Source: Dipteris shenzhenensis (Eukaryota). From it: a stretch of DNA of 64,000 nt. Under the pieces are notes generated by a model that worked only from the letters and a program-made list of their open reading frames with translations, was not told the origin of the DNA and searched no databases. The translations under genes were made by a program, and so were the position numbers. Shown here one piece after another: positions 12,720 to 23,956 of this stretch. The stretch's first letter is position 1, and each line of letters starts with the position of its first letter. The stretch is taken from NCBI GenBank assembly GCA_047967505.1, contig CM106538.1. One strand, 5' to 3'.

Positions 12720-14037
12720 CAATTTTCAGCCTAGGCGTCCCTTACCGTGGGACTTTTGGAGTTTGGGGCCGTGGCTTTATCTAGAGATTTCGGACTCTTA
12801 CTCTCTATCCCTGGAGGTAACGCTTGTGATCTTGCAGCCCCGGAAAGGGGTTTTGAATCAGTGTAGTGGGCTCCCAGACGCACCCAGTTTGGAGATTCCA
12901 GTTCGCCTTCACAGGGTTGGAGAAGTGGTCCCGAGTGTGTTTGATGCTATGCTGGGAGATCAGATTGGACGAGTGGAGGGGGCCAAAGGGACTGGACCTT
13001 TGGCACGCCCATGGTGCTAAGGTGAATTTCAGCTGTGCTTCATGCAGGAGAAGCCGATGTCTAGTTTGGGGGTAGGAGTTATTAGATTGCCGCTTGAGGC
13101 AAAGATTGATCAGGCATACTACTGGCCACTTCAAAAGTGTGGGATTTTTTTGGGGTGGAAGTCTCCTTCAGGATGAAGTGGGCACGGAAGATTGGCATTG
13201 AGCCAGTGTCCACCCTAGTATGCCGACCTACAGACACGGACTGCTCGCGCTCCAAACCCTGGCATAGTCACATAAGGCAGTTTTTCTGGAACATGCACCC
13301 ACTCACAGGAGAGCCTTGTTTTTTGCATCCCTGTCCTCATGAGCTGGACCATAGTGAGTTGGAACGTGCATGGGTTCCATAATCGTGCTCATAGTGAACT
13401 GCAGTACCTGATCCTTCGGCAGGAGCTGCAGAGGGTAGTGGTAGGAAGGAGTGGCACATTGATCCTCCTAGTATCCCAGAGCAGGATGCCCCCAGATGGC
13501 ACTTTGGCAAGCCCTTGAGGGAGGTTCAGTGGGATCTGGGAGAGTGGTTTTGGCCCCTCCAAGAGTGGCCTTGCCGAGCAAGTGGATGAGGTGCCCTTCT
13601 TTTCCTACACCACACGGATTGGAAGGAGGCTTCAAATGGACTCTTCAATTTGGACCCCTTCGAGGGAGAGGCATTGAGTGGCCCAGAGAGTGCCCCAGGA
13701 GGTCCATTCCAGGTTTTGGACGCGATTATGGTCCAGTTTGCATCCGAGGAAGATCTCTTGCTTCTTTTGGCTGGCCGCCCACGGAGGCTTGCCCATCAGC
13801 CTATGGTTGGAGCAGATGTGGGTGGAGGGGCAGTGCCATTGTTGCTTTGCTAGTTTTCTAGAGACGATCCCTCACTGCCTCTAGAGCTGTCGTAGCGCAG
13901 CGAGGATTTGGATTGGAGCCCTTAGGATTATGACCTGTATGCAGAGCCTTCAGAGGGACTACACATGCCGGATGGTGGCCTGGTTGATTGAGGGAGGACA
14001 CGTGTTCTAGATTGATGAGTTCTCCCTAGCTTACCGG
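12720..14037 (+). mobile_element. L1-clade LINE ORF2 3' fragment (part 1), interrupted by the Gypsy element
   Basis: zf-RVT-like segment RFWTRLWSSLHPRKISCFFWLAAHGGLPI...GQCHCC...ETIPHCL, with many stops. The 5' boundary is approximate. Confidence 0.75.
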
Positions 14038-15780
14038 TGATAGGACAAAACCTGTATCAAGTTTTTCAGCACTGTATATAGCTGTGGGTAGGCACATAGC
14101 TGTACACATCTAGGGTAGGTGTGGGCTTTTGGCATTTGTGGATTTTTCTTTCACAAGCATGATGGACTGATGTATAGTTTTTTGAGACAATAAAGTATGT
14201 TTTGTAGGGACTTCATGGGAAATGATGAAATGCAATGTGGTGGTACCAGACTTCCAGAGCAAGGTTGTCCAGTGTGTGATCAAGAGAAATGTTTTTGGGG
14301 TCATGTAAAGTCAAGTCATGAAGGGTTTTTTTATATTTTCCTGAGTCAATGTGCACTTGCGTGTTACAGGAATTTGATATGTTATGGTGTCCATGTCAAA
14401 GGGCTTTTCATGTGTGTGTACGGGGTTGCATGCAAGCTTTAATGTGCATGCTAATGTGTGTGGGAATTGTGTGACTAAAGGTCCAAAATGTGCATTTAAT
14501 GTGATTTGGGGGAAATGTCTTGAGAGTGGTAAAATGTCACTGATGAGGTGGCAAATTAGGCTGAGGTGGCTGGACTGATTGGGAAGGCATCCTGCTCATG
14601 CAAAGGTGGCTACATGATGGATGAAGGGGAGCTTCTAGGCTGTGAGCTGGAGCTACGTGGAGATGGCGGCTGGGAGCTGATTCAGTTTTACGCTGGAAGG
14701 ATCTACGATGCTAAGGGGGGCTCCGAGAAGAGAAGGCTGGACGAAGAGGGGGGCTCTCGTAGATAAAAGAGGGTGTGTGCGCTGAGAAGACCTTGGCGCT
14801 GGGGATCTCCAGAGATTACGAGCTGTTGTTCGTTGGCTGAGCATAGCTACTACGTAGGTAGGAGAGTCGTTGTTTGCACGTGAGCTGATGCAGAGAATCG
14901 TGGTCTGGCTGAGATCATATGGAAGGGCTCTGTTTTTCTCTGATTGAGGAAGCTACGTGGCTGTGCGGGTGATGCTATAAATGTGAGCTAGTCTCTCCGT
15001 GAGAAATGAAGGCAGCAGGGCTATTGCTGGAAGTGTCTTCCGTTGGGTTTGTGCATAGTTGGTGATGATCTATGGATTAACACAACTTAAGGCATAGCTG
15101 TGTATCGTTGTCTGCTAGCTGAAGGATTTTGGGCGACAGAGACTCCATGAACTCCGTATGCAAAGAGATAGAGGGATCGAGGAAATGCAAGGTAAGGCAC
15201 AATGGATCGTGACCTGCATCGATGATGGTTGTCCTGAAGGAGTTAGGCAATTGATGCTTGCTGCAGATGTTTGTCAATCACTGATCTTCTGCTTTGTGAG
15301 GGAAGAGAAGTTATCCTAAAGGAATCGAAAGCCTCTTTGACATGGTTGTGATCTTATGTTGATTTGATCGTGGGAGATTCTTGAATACTGATAGAGAGGG
15401 AGAGGAGGAGGCGCTGTTGCAGCTTTGCAGGAATTATGAGCTGTTGTTTTTTATGGAAGCTTAGGAGTGTGGGCTGTGGGTTCATAGTGTTTTGAGGCGG
15501 ACTGTTTTCTGAGTTTTGGGGGGAAGATCAGTTCTAAGTTCAGTCTGTTTCGGGCTGTGTAGTCTTTTGTCTCTTTGAGTCTGTGTGATCCATGTTCAGT
15601 CAGTTTTTTTTTTTGTGGGGGTTTGTCTCGGTGCCTATTACGAAGACACATACTCTGGAATTTGGTTCATAAGCTCATCATCTACAAGCCCACATTGCAG
15701 CTGATCCCTATGAAGTCTCAGCTATCTGATGTGGTGAAGTACATAATTCTTGGTTGTCTTTCTTTTTTTTTTCCTTACCA
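14038..15780 (+). repeat. 5' LTR (1743 bp)
   Basis: TGATAGGACAAAACC...CCTTACCA; near-identical to 21425-23085. Confidence 0.95.
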
Positions 15781-15788
15781 TCTTTTTT

Positions 15789-15806
15789 TGGCGATCCTAC
15801 TGGGGA
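15789..15806 (+). promoter_or_regulatory. Primer binding site, tRNA-Arg-like
   Basis: TGGCGATCCTACTGGGGA, 8 nt after the LTR. It resembles the TGGCGACTCCGCTGGGGA type of PBS. Confidence 0.7.
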
Positions 15807-16185
15807 TAGGAGGAGTTTTGAATTGAGATTGGGTACGCAAGACAAAACGGCCCAGAAGATTGGCTAGGGAATGTTGCTTAAATTTCTGTGTGGTTAGGGA
15901 TTGAAACAATGAAGACAAAGCCTCGCATGAGAGTGATTCATTGTGAGTTATGTGGGGAGTATGGATACAGGAGAGATAGATCCCTTGATGTTGAACTTTG
16001 GGTGATACGTCTCCGTGCTAAGGTTCAAAAGGCTTTGAAAGTGATTGGTCTTAGGAAGAAGAATGTCAGTTAGATGCAGGGTAAGTTTTCTTCAGTAGAG
16101 TGATTATTTTTGTTTTCTTCCCAGAAGAGGTTGTGTGGTATTTCTGGTTGGAAGTGTGTTTGAGATAAGTTAGTCAAGAGGAGAG

Positions 16186-16968
16186 ATGGCTCATGAATTT
16201 CCTCGATTTCACGGGTTGCCCAATGAAGACCCAGAGAGGTTTTTAGAGTGTTTGGAGTTCACAGCTCTTATTAAAGACAGGAATGCTTCAGAAGTCCTTC
16301 TTCAGATTCTATCCTTTTGTCTGTTGGGAGAAGCGAGAACTTGGCTGCAGACTTTCTCTGCAAGGATGCGTGATGATCAAGGTGCTCACAGAAACCCGAC
16401 TTATCCAGAGGTGAGGATAGCTTTCCTGGACAGATTTATGTGTGTTAGAGATCCTGATGGCATTTGGAGAGAGCTATGTTTATTGCAGCAACAACCGACT
16501 CAGTTAGTGGATGAGTATGTCGGTAAGTTCACTGTGTTGTGGAATAAATGGCAGGTGGCCTTATTACGTGAAGTTCCTTCGAGAGTCATAAAAAAGGATA
16601 GGTTTGTTGCTGGTCTGAAGCCGGAGATTAGGATAAAGATTGAATGTAAAGAGCTGGTCACTTATGAGGATGCTCTTAGGGTAGCAAAAGAGAAGGAGAG
16701 GAAGCAGATAAGATTGTCACAAATGGTGCAAGAGATGCCAATGGTTCAACATGTGCCTGAAATTCTCTCTCATGTGAAGCGAGAAATACAGAAGCCTGAA
16801 GTCAAGGAGGAGGAGAATATAAAAGAAGAAATTCATGAAATGTCGGAGCTTATGAAGAGTTTGAGTTTGAATTTGATGAACGGTAGGGAAAGAGGTAGAT
16901 CATCGGGTGGTTATGGCAGAGGCACCATGCCTTCTTCAAATAATTCAGGCCCGTGGCAAGCAGGATGA
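16186..16968 (+). CDS. gag: Gag (retrotransposon capsid), ending in a premature stop before the zinc knuckle
   Basis: FPRFHGLPNEDPERFL, LLGEARTWL and QQPTQLVDEYVGKF. CFNCGEWGH follows in frame just after the TGA. Confidence 0.85.
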   Translation: MAHEFPRFHGLPNEDPERFLECLEFTALIKDRNASEVLLQILSFCLLGEARTWLQTFSARMRDDQGAHRNPTYPEVRIAFLDRFMCVRDPDGIWRELCLLQQQPTQLVDEYVGKFTVLWNKWQVALLREVPSRVIKKDRFVAGLKPEIRIKIECKELVTYEDALRVAKEKERKQIRLSQMVQEMPMVQHVPEILSHVKREIQKPEVKEEENIKEEIHEMSELMKSLSLNLMNGRERGRSSGGYGRGTMPSSNNSGPWQAG

Positions 16969-17061
16969 GGTCAAGGGTCATTTGCACCTTGTGTCCAGTG
17001 CTTTAATTGTGGAGAGTGGGGACATTACATAGGGTGAATGATCATAGTGTAGAGGTAAAAG

Positions 17062-18249
17062 ATGCAGGTTAGCCTAGTACCTCTGGACTCTGTAAAGCCA
17101 CTGCAGAAAAAGAAAGGGAAAGGTAAGGCAGTTACATTTGGCTTGTTGGAGTTGGAGGAAGTTAAAGGTGTCATGCCATTATGGAAGAGAGATAGAGAAG
17201 AGAAGGTTGGTCCGAGTGCAAAGAAGGGGAAGCAGTCTGAGGAGATGATGACCTACCAAAAGAAGAAGAGCAGGAAGCCCAGAAGGAAGTACAGAACTGC
17301 AGATTATCTTATGGGGAAGGAGCAGGGAGATTATGATTTGGTGGAAGATCTTTCAGTGAGGAAACCGGACATTACGTTTGCTCAAATGATTGGTCTATGC
17401 CCAAAGCTTAAAAAAGAGTGGAGGTGGGCTGTAAATCCAGCAAAGAAGAACTCTCATAAAGGTACAATTAAGCTGATGTTTGTCTCAGAGTTGCCGGATC
17501 TTTTAGCTGCTGTAGAAGCCTGGCATAAAGGAAAAGGTTTTGGAGAGGCCTATATAGATGGGGGTGCACAGATTTGTGTGATTACTCAGGCTTGTGTGGA
17601 GAGATTAGGACTGAAGATATCCCGCTCCTCTAGTTATCGCATCAGAATGGCAAACCACTCCAAGGTGAAGACTTTAGGGATAGTACCCGGTCGAGAGGTT
17701 GAGGCATTCAGTGTTTCATGTCGAGTGGATTGTCATGTGATGCCTGCAGGGTTGGGAGCCTATCCTTTGATTCTTGGAAGGCCATGGTTGAGGAAGGTAG
17801 GTGCAATTCAGAATTGGCAGAGAGGAATCTTTTCTGTACATACGAATGGGAAGAAATTGAATTTTGATATGGTAAGCAGGGCTGAAGTTTCAGATTCAGC
17901 AAGTGAAGAGGAAGAGAGAAGTGAAACCATCAGTGAGGATGAGAGTTCGGTGACTTCAGAAAGTGATGAAGGAACAATAGCATTGGTGGATTTGGTAGAT
18001 GAGGATTCACGGGTAGATTTTGTGGGGGCAGCAGGGTTCGGTGAGGAAGAGGTGGATAGGTTTGAGGTTATCGAGGATTTAATGCAGCCCAAATGTTCTC
18101 AAGAATCAACCCAGGTGTTGATTGAGCAATCATTGAATCCTGATCTCAATGTTGAGGAGAAAGAAGAATATTTGAAGATGTTGCAGAAATACCCCAATTT
18201 GTTATCACCTCTTATGAGGAGATCAAGGGATTTAAAGGGAAGCCTCTGA
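17062..18249 (+). CDS. Gag-pol linker and aspartic protease
   Basis: AYIDGGAQICVI catalytic motif and YPLILGRPWL. Frameshift near 18200. Confidence 0.85.
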   Translation: MQVSLVPLDSVKPLQKKKGKGKAVTFGLLELEEVKGVMPLWKRDREEKVGPSAKKGKQSEEMMTYQKKKSRKPRRKYRTADYLMGKEQGDYDLVEDLSVRKPDITFAQMIGLCPKLKKEWRWAVNPAKKNSHKGTIKLMFVSELPDLLAAVEAWHKGKGFGEAYIDGGAQICVITQACVERLGLKISRSSSYRIRMANHSKVKTLGIVPGREVEAFSVSCRVDCHVMPAGLGAYPLILGRPWLRKVGAIQNWQRGIFSVHTNGKKLNFDMVSRAEVSDSASEEEERSETISEDESSVTSESDEGTIALVDLVDEDSRVDFVGAAGFGEEEVDRFEVIEDLMQPKCSQESTQVLIEQSLNPDLNVEEKEEYLKMLQKYPNLLSPLMRRSRDLKGSL

Positions 18250-18320
18250 GGATTGAGCTGAAGGAAGGTGCCAAATCTGTTTTTCAGAAAATAAGGAGAT
18301 TAAGCCCGGAACAGAGAGAT

Positions 18321-21209
18321 GTGCTGAAGGAAGAGGTAGATAAGCTTCTCAAGGCAGGAATAATTTATCCTATAGTTCACTCTGATTGGATAAGTCCTAT
18401 GGTCATAGTGCCAAAAGGTGTAGACAAATGGAGAATCTGTGTTGATTACAAACCTCTGAATGCAGTGACAAAGAGAAACCACTATCCTCTGCCTTTTCTG
18501 GATGATATTCTTGATAAAGTGGTGGGTCATGAAATGTACAGCTTGTGTGACAGATATTCAGGGTACTTCCAGATAGCCATAGCCCAGGAAGATCAAATCA
18601 AGACTACTTTCATTACCCCCTGGGGCTGTTTTTGTTATAGGAAAATGCCTTTTGGAGTTACCAACGGCCCCTCGCACTATCAGGAGAATTCAGATCTGAT
18701 TTTATCACCTTTCCTGGATAAATTAAAAAGGTTTATTGATGGCATCTGTGTGTACAGTGGAAGAAGGGAGCACTGTGGAAAGCTGGATCAGATATTCTAT
18801 GAGATTGATAATAATGGTGGTCAATTAAATCCTAAGAAGACTCAGTTAGCTCAGACCAGCATTAAAATATTGGGGCATATTGTATCTGAGAATGGGATTG
18901 AGCCAGATCCAGGTAAAGTAAAAGCTTTAGTTATGCTGTCCTCTCGTGAGAATACCAAGCAGTTGCATACCTTTCTCGAGAAGGTGAAGTATTTGTCGAG
19001 ATTTATTCATATGTTATCTCAGAGTTTGTATCCTCTTCAGCAGGTGGTAAAATCTGAGCCTCTGAAATGGACGACAGAGAGTGAAGAGGTGTTTGAGGCA
19101 GTTAAGGAATCCTTGACTCATATTTCAAGTGTAAAGCCACGAGATTATTCCAAGACTTCTTATGTGAATCCGTCTGTAGGACCAGATGCTATTGGTGCTA
19201 TTCTTTTGCAGCAAGGAGAGGGTTCCAGATATATGAGGCCAGTCTATTATGCCAGTAGGGTGAAGAGTGAAGTAGAAAGGAAGTATTCAGCGGCTGAATT
19301 GGTCCTGGCTAGCCTCTTGTATGCCTGTAGGAGATTTCGGTCTTATCTATTGTCTAGGCCTTTTGTGGTTCTCACCTCATGTTCACTACTGCCTCTTATG
19401 TTGAATGGTACAAACATCTCCAGGAGCATGATTAAATGGATAGTAGAGTTACAGGAGTACTCTTTTACCTTCTTGGTTGAGAACTCTACCAGAGCTTCCT
19501 TGGCTGATCTCCTTACCTATAAGGAAGGACCTATTTTAGTTGAAGATGTTGAGAAGAACACTGACATGAATGAAGAAAAAGTACTAGAGGATGCATTTGT
19601 TTTACACTTTGATGGATCTTACAAAAAAAGTTTAAATAAAAGTACAGGAGGAATTGTCATTTATGATCCTGGAGGAAATGAGATTCGGAAAATGGGAATT
19701 CAGCTTGAAGCCAGCAGTAATAATGAAGCTGAATATGCAGCCCTCTTCGAAGGTTTGAAAGTATGCATTAGTCTGGGCATTAAGAGACTCATGATTAAGG
19801 GAGATGCTCTGTTGGTTGTGAAGCAAATTTTAGGTGTCTGGAAGGTTAAGCATGTTCATTTGAAGAGATGGATAAGTGCGGTGAAGAAACTGTTAAATCG
19901 ATTGGATGCCTGGACACTCCAGCATATTGAAAGAGGTAAGAATGTAAATGCACATGATGCTGCGCAGGAAATTACAGCAGCTTATGTTGATGCAATAGGA
20001 GTGCAGGAGCCCTTTTACAAAGGAAGGGAGACATTAGCTTGTGAGGAAAGCTTCCTATTAACTGGTAAAGTGCCTGAAGAAGTTCCGAAACAAAGAAAAT
20101 ACAGATTTATTAAAAGCTGTACTTATTATTGTCTGATAGATGATGTTCTTTACATGAAAGGGGCTGATCTGGTGCTCAGAAGAATTCCAAGGCATGAGGA
20201 AGTTTTTCATATTCTACAAGCTAATCATGAGGGAGTATGTGGAGGACATTTTGCTTTCAAAATCATGCTGAGGAAAATACTTACAGAAGGATATGTGTGG
20301 CCATCCCTCCAGAGAGACATAAGACATTGGTGCAGGTCATGCCTACAGTGTCAGCAAATGAGTAAGAGGATCTTACATCCAGAACTCAGAATTATCATGC
20401 TTGCTTATAATATTTTTGAGAAATGGGGAATAGATGCCATCGGTCCTCTACCCATGACAGCCAGGGGAAATTGTTATATGCTGACAGCTGTGGATTATTT
20501 GACGAGATGGGCTGAAGCACGAGCAATACGAGCTGTCGATGCGAAATCTGTATGTAAATTTGTGTATGAGGATATTTGCTGTAGATTTGGTGTGCCACTG
20601 GAGTTGCTTTCTGATAGAGGTCCAGGTTTTAGGAGTGAACTGATGGATTTATTATGTGGAAAGCTGAAGATTAAACACAGATATGCAAGTCCCTATTACC
20701 CTCAATGTAATGGGATGAATGAAAAATTTAATGGTGTGTGTACTAATATCATGGGAAAGATCATGAGAACCTATGAGAAGGAGTGGGATCTTGCTTTGCA
20801 CTGGGCTTTATGGGCTTACAGAGTTGCAATAAAAGAAGGCACCCAGTTTTCACCATTTCATCTTGTTTACGGGAAAGAAGCTCTATTACCCTTGGAAGTA
20901 GAAATTCCTGCATTACAAATGTTAATGAAGATAAACAAGGATTCAAATTCTACTTTCCAGAACCGGTTATTGGATTTGCAGGAAGCACAACTAGACAGAC
21001 AAAAGGGAGTGGAACATTATGCTTTAATTCAAGAAGAGAATCAAAAGAGAGAAAACAGGAAATTCAGGGATAAGAAAATCAAGGAGGGTGATCTAGTTTT
21101 GAGATACAAACAGTACTCTGGATTCTACCTTCAAGAAGAAATTTGTGACCAAATGGGATGGACCTTTTCGTGTGACGAAGAAATTCAAAAATGGATCATA
21201 TCAACTTGA
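18321..21209 (+). CDS. pol: Pol: RT, RNase H, additional archaeal-type RNase H and integrase (RT active site mutated)
   Basis: WRICVDYKPLN, MPFGVTNGP, FIDG in place of xxDD, RPVYYASR, LHFDGS...NNEAEY...KGDALLV, HHCC zinc finger, WGIDAIGP, LLSDRG and NGMNEKFN. A frameshift near 21110 leads into KWDGPFRV (21145-21396). Confidence 0.92.
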   Translation: MLKEEVDKLLKAGIIYPIVHSDWISPMVIVPKGVDKWRICVDYKPLNAVTKRNHYPLPFLDDILDKVVGHEMYSLCDRYSGYFQIAIAQEDQIKTTFITPWGCFCYRKMPFGVTNGPSHYQENSDLILSPFLDKLKRFIDGICVYSGRREHCGKLDQIFYEIDNNGGQLNPKKTQLAQTSIKILGHIVSENGIEPDPGKVKALVMLSSRENTKQLHTFLEKVKYLSRFIHMLSQSLYPLQQVVKSEPLKWTTESEEVFEAVKESLTHISSVKPRDYSKTSYVNPSVGPDAIGAILLQQGEGSRYMRPVYYASRVKSEVERKYSAAELVLASLLYACRRFRSYLLSRPFVVLTSCSLLPLMLNGTNISRSMIKWIVELQEYSFTFLVENSTRASLADLLTYKEGPILVEDVEKNTDMNEEKVLEDAFVLHFDGSYKKSLNKSTGGIVIYDPGGNEIRKMGIQLEASSNNEAEYAALFEGLKVCISLGIKRLMIKGDALLVVKQILGVWKVKHVHLKRWISAVKKLLNRLDAWTLQHIERGKNVNAHDAAQEITAAYVDAIGVQEPFYKGRETLACEESFLLTGKVPEEVPKQRKYRFIKSCTYYCLIDDVLYMKGADLVLRRIPRHEEVFHILQANHEGVCGGHFAFKIMLRKILTEGYVWPSLQRDIRHWCRSCLQCQQMSKRILHPELRIIMLAYNIFEKWGIDAIGPLPMTARGNCYMLTAVDYLTRWAEARAIRAVDAKSVCKFVYEDICCRFGVPLELLSDRGPGFRSELMDLLCGKLKIKHRYASPYYPQCNGMNEKFNGVCTNIMGKIMRTYEKEWDLALHWALWAYRVAIKEGTQFSPFHLVYGKEALLPLEVEIPALQMLMKINKDSNSTFQNRLLDLQEAQLDRQKGVEHYALIQEENQKRENRKFRDKKIKEGDLVLRYKQYSGFYLQEEICDQMGWTFSCDEEIQKWIIST

Positions 21210-21410
21210 GGATTTGGATGGTGAGCAGCATAAGAATAGAGTCAATGGCTTCACACTAAAGAAATACTTTCATAGGATCATGAGTATAGGCAGCTGTGGA
21301 CCTACTGTGATGAAACCAGACAAGCCGGAAGACCTTATGGATGAGGATATCTCTGAAGAAATGCAAATCTTATATACCTCTATCTGCAAGACATGAATGT
21401 CTGCAGACTT

Positions 21411-21424
21411 GGGGATGGGAAAAA
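21411..21424 (+). promoter_or_regulatory. Polypurine tract
   Basis: GGGGATGGGAAAAA immediately before the TG of the 3' LTR. Confidence 0.85.
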
Positions 21425-23085
21425 TGATAGGACAAAACCTGTATCAAGTTTTTGAGCACTGTATATAGCTGTGGGTAGGCACATAGCTATACACATCTAG
21501 GGTAGGTGTGGGCTTTTGGCATTTGTGGATTTTTCTTTCACAAGCATGATGGACTGATGTATAGTTTTTTGAGGCAATAAAGTATGTTTTGCAGGGACTT
21601 CATGGGAAATGATGAAATGCAATGTGGTTGTACCAGACTTTTAGAGCAAGGGTGTCCAGTGTGTGATCAAGCGTGTGTGATCAAGCGAAATGTTTTTGGG
21701 GTCATGTAAAGTCAAGTCATAAAGGGTTTTTTAATATTTTCTTGAGTCAATGTGCACTTGCATGTTACAGGAATTTGATATGTTATGGTGTCCATGTCAA
21801 AGGGCTTTTCATGTATGTGTACGGGGTTGCATGCAAGCTTTAATGTGCATGCTAATGTGTGTGGGAATTGTGTGACCTAAGGTCCAAAATGTGCATTTAA
21901 TGTGATTTGGGGGAAATGTCTTGAGAGTGGTAAAATGTTATTGATGAGGTGGCAAATTAGGCTGAGGTGGCTGGACTGATTGGGAAGGCATTCTGCTCAT
22001 GCAAAGGTGGCTACGTGATGGATGAAGGGGATCTTCTAGGCTGTGAGCTGGAGCTACGTGGAGATGGCGGCTGGGTGTGTGCGCTGAGAAGACCTTGGCG
22101 CTGGGGATCTCCAGAGATTACGAGCTGTTGTTCGTTGGCTGAGCATAGCTACTACGTAGGTAGGAGAGTCGTTGTTTGCACGTGAGCTGATGCAGAGAAT
22201 CGTGGTCTGGCTGAGATCATATGGAAGGGCTCTGTTTTTTTCTGATTGAGGAAGCTACGTGGCTGTGCAGGTGACGCTATAAATGTGAGCTAGTCTCTCC
22301 ATGAGAAATGAAGGCAGCAGGGCTATTGCTGGAAGTGTCTTCCGTTGGGTTTGTGCATAGTTGGTGATGATCTATGGATTAACACAGCTTAAGGCATAGC
22401 TGTGTATCGTTGTCTGCTAGCTGAAGGATTTTGGGCGACAGAGACTCCATGAACTCCGTATGCAAAGAGATAGAGGGACCAAGGAAATGCAGGGTAAGGC
22501 GCAATGGATCGTGACCTGCATTGATGATGGTTGTCCTGAAGGAGTTAGGCAATTGATGCTTGCTGCAGATGTTCGTCAATCACTGATCTTCTGCTTTGTG
22601 AGGGAAGAGAAGTTATCCTAAAGGAATCGAAAGCCTGTTTGACATGGTTGTGATCTTATGTTGATTTGATCGCGGGAGATTTCTGAATACTGATAGAGAG
22701 GGAGAGGAGGAGGCGCTGTGGCAGCTTTGCAGGAATTATGAGCTGTTGTTTTTGATGGAAGCTTAGGAGTGTGGGCTGTGGGTTCATAGTATTTTGAGGC
22801 TGACTGTTTTCTGAGTTTTGGGGGGAAGATCAGTTCTAAGTTCAGTCTGTTTCGGGCTGTGTAGTCTTTTGTCTCTCTTTGGGTCTGTGTGATCCATGTT
22901 CAGTCAGTTTTTTTTTTGGTGGGGGTTTGTCTCGGTGCCTATTACAAAGACACATACTCAGGAATTTGGTTCATAAGCTCATAATCTACGAGCCCACATT
23001 GCAGCTGATCCCTATGAAGTCTCAGCTATCTGACGTGGTGAAGTACATAAATCCTGGTTGTCTTTTCTTTTTTTTTTTCTTACCA
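21425..23085 (+). repeat. 3' LTR (1661 bp)
   Basis: Matches the 5' LTR. It lacks a 99-bp segment and has a 14-bp duplication at ~21661-21688. Confidence 0.95.
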
Positions 23086-23089
23086 CCAG

Positions 23090-23625
23090 ATACAAGGTTA
23101 GAGCATTTAGAGGATAGAGCTCCATGAAGCGGTCCCTCCTGATAGCGTCGTTCCTCATTCTCCTCCGGATGACAGCGTATGGGAGGTAGTAGCCAATATC
23201 ACGGCGTGGAACAGTTGGGTTGCTCGCTGCAGTTTGGTGATGGGTGAGCATCCGGTTCCTCCATCAGCTACCTTGGTCGCCATCTGGCAGGATATCATAT
23301 ACACCCTCTGCTCCACTTGGGAGCGTGGGACGCCAGGCTCTAGGGCGACTGTCGCAGGGCACGCTCGTTTCTACAAGGCTTGGCCTGCAGGAGGTTTTTA
23401 CATATTCACTCTGCGAGGGATTCACGGGTTGTATAGTCGCCCCACCTGGTTGTTAGCCCTTGTACCAGAGATCCCCTAGGCATTGAGCTGGGTTTCTTTG
23501 GAACAGGCCGGTTTCTTCTTGTTTCAGCCTTTTTCCAAATTTTTCCATACTCAGCACCTTCGGGGCTGCTGTTTTGTATGAAGTCTTTCAAGCATTAATA
23601 GAAGGTTTCTTTCTTTGCAAAAAGA
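23090..23625 (+). mobile_element. L1-clade LINE 3' end (part 2)
   Basis: ATLVAIWQDIIYTLCSTW resembles QTLADIWSTIIHTLKGQW of the neighbouring L1. T-rich 3' UTR and a short A tail at ~23618. Confidence 0.7.
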
Positions 23626-23956
23626 ATCCAACATCTAACACTAGTCTTCTTAAGAAACTTGAGCTAGCTCTCTATAATGGTTTTGTCAGGCCCTACCATG
23701 TTGTGCATTATGTAGAGAATTATCAAAAGTTTGTGAAACCCATGAAATTCTAGCCGTATGGTCTCTGTTCCACAGTGTTCCAGAGGAAGACCGGAGTTAG
23801 GTGTTGTTTCTTTCCTCTTCATGATATACTTTTTTTTTCCCCCCGCAAAAAGTAGTGCTAGATATATTGCTTGAAAACGAGAGTACAAGAAGACCTAAAG
23901 GCTAGCGGGCTGTAATCACAAAACGGATACAGCCCGTGGTAACAAAATATAAAAAA

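Larger units (their letters stand above)
14038..23085 (+). mobile_element. Near full-length Ty3/Gypsy LTR retrotransposon, Tat-type (extra RNase H), decayed
   Basis: Two TG...CA LTRs, PBS, gag-PR-RT-RH-aRH-INT and PPT. Flanks are CCGG (14034-14037) and CCAG (23086-23089). Contains stops and frameshifts. Confidence 0.95.
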
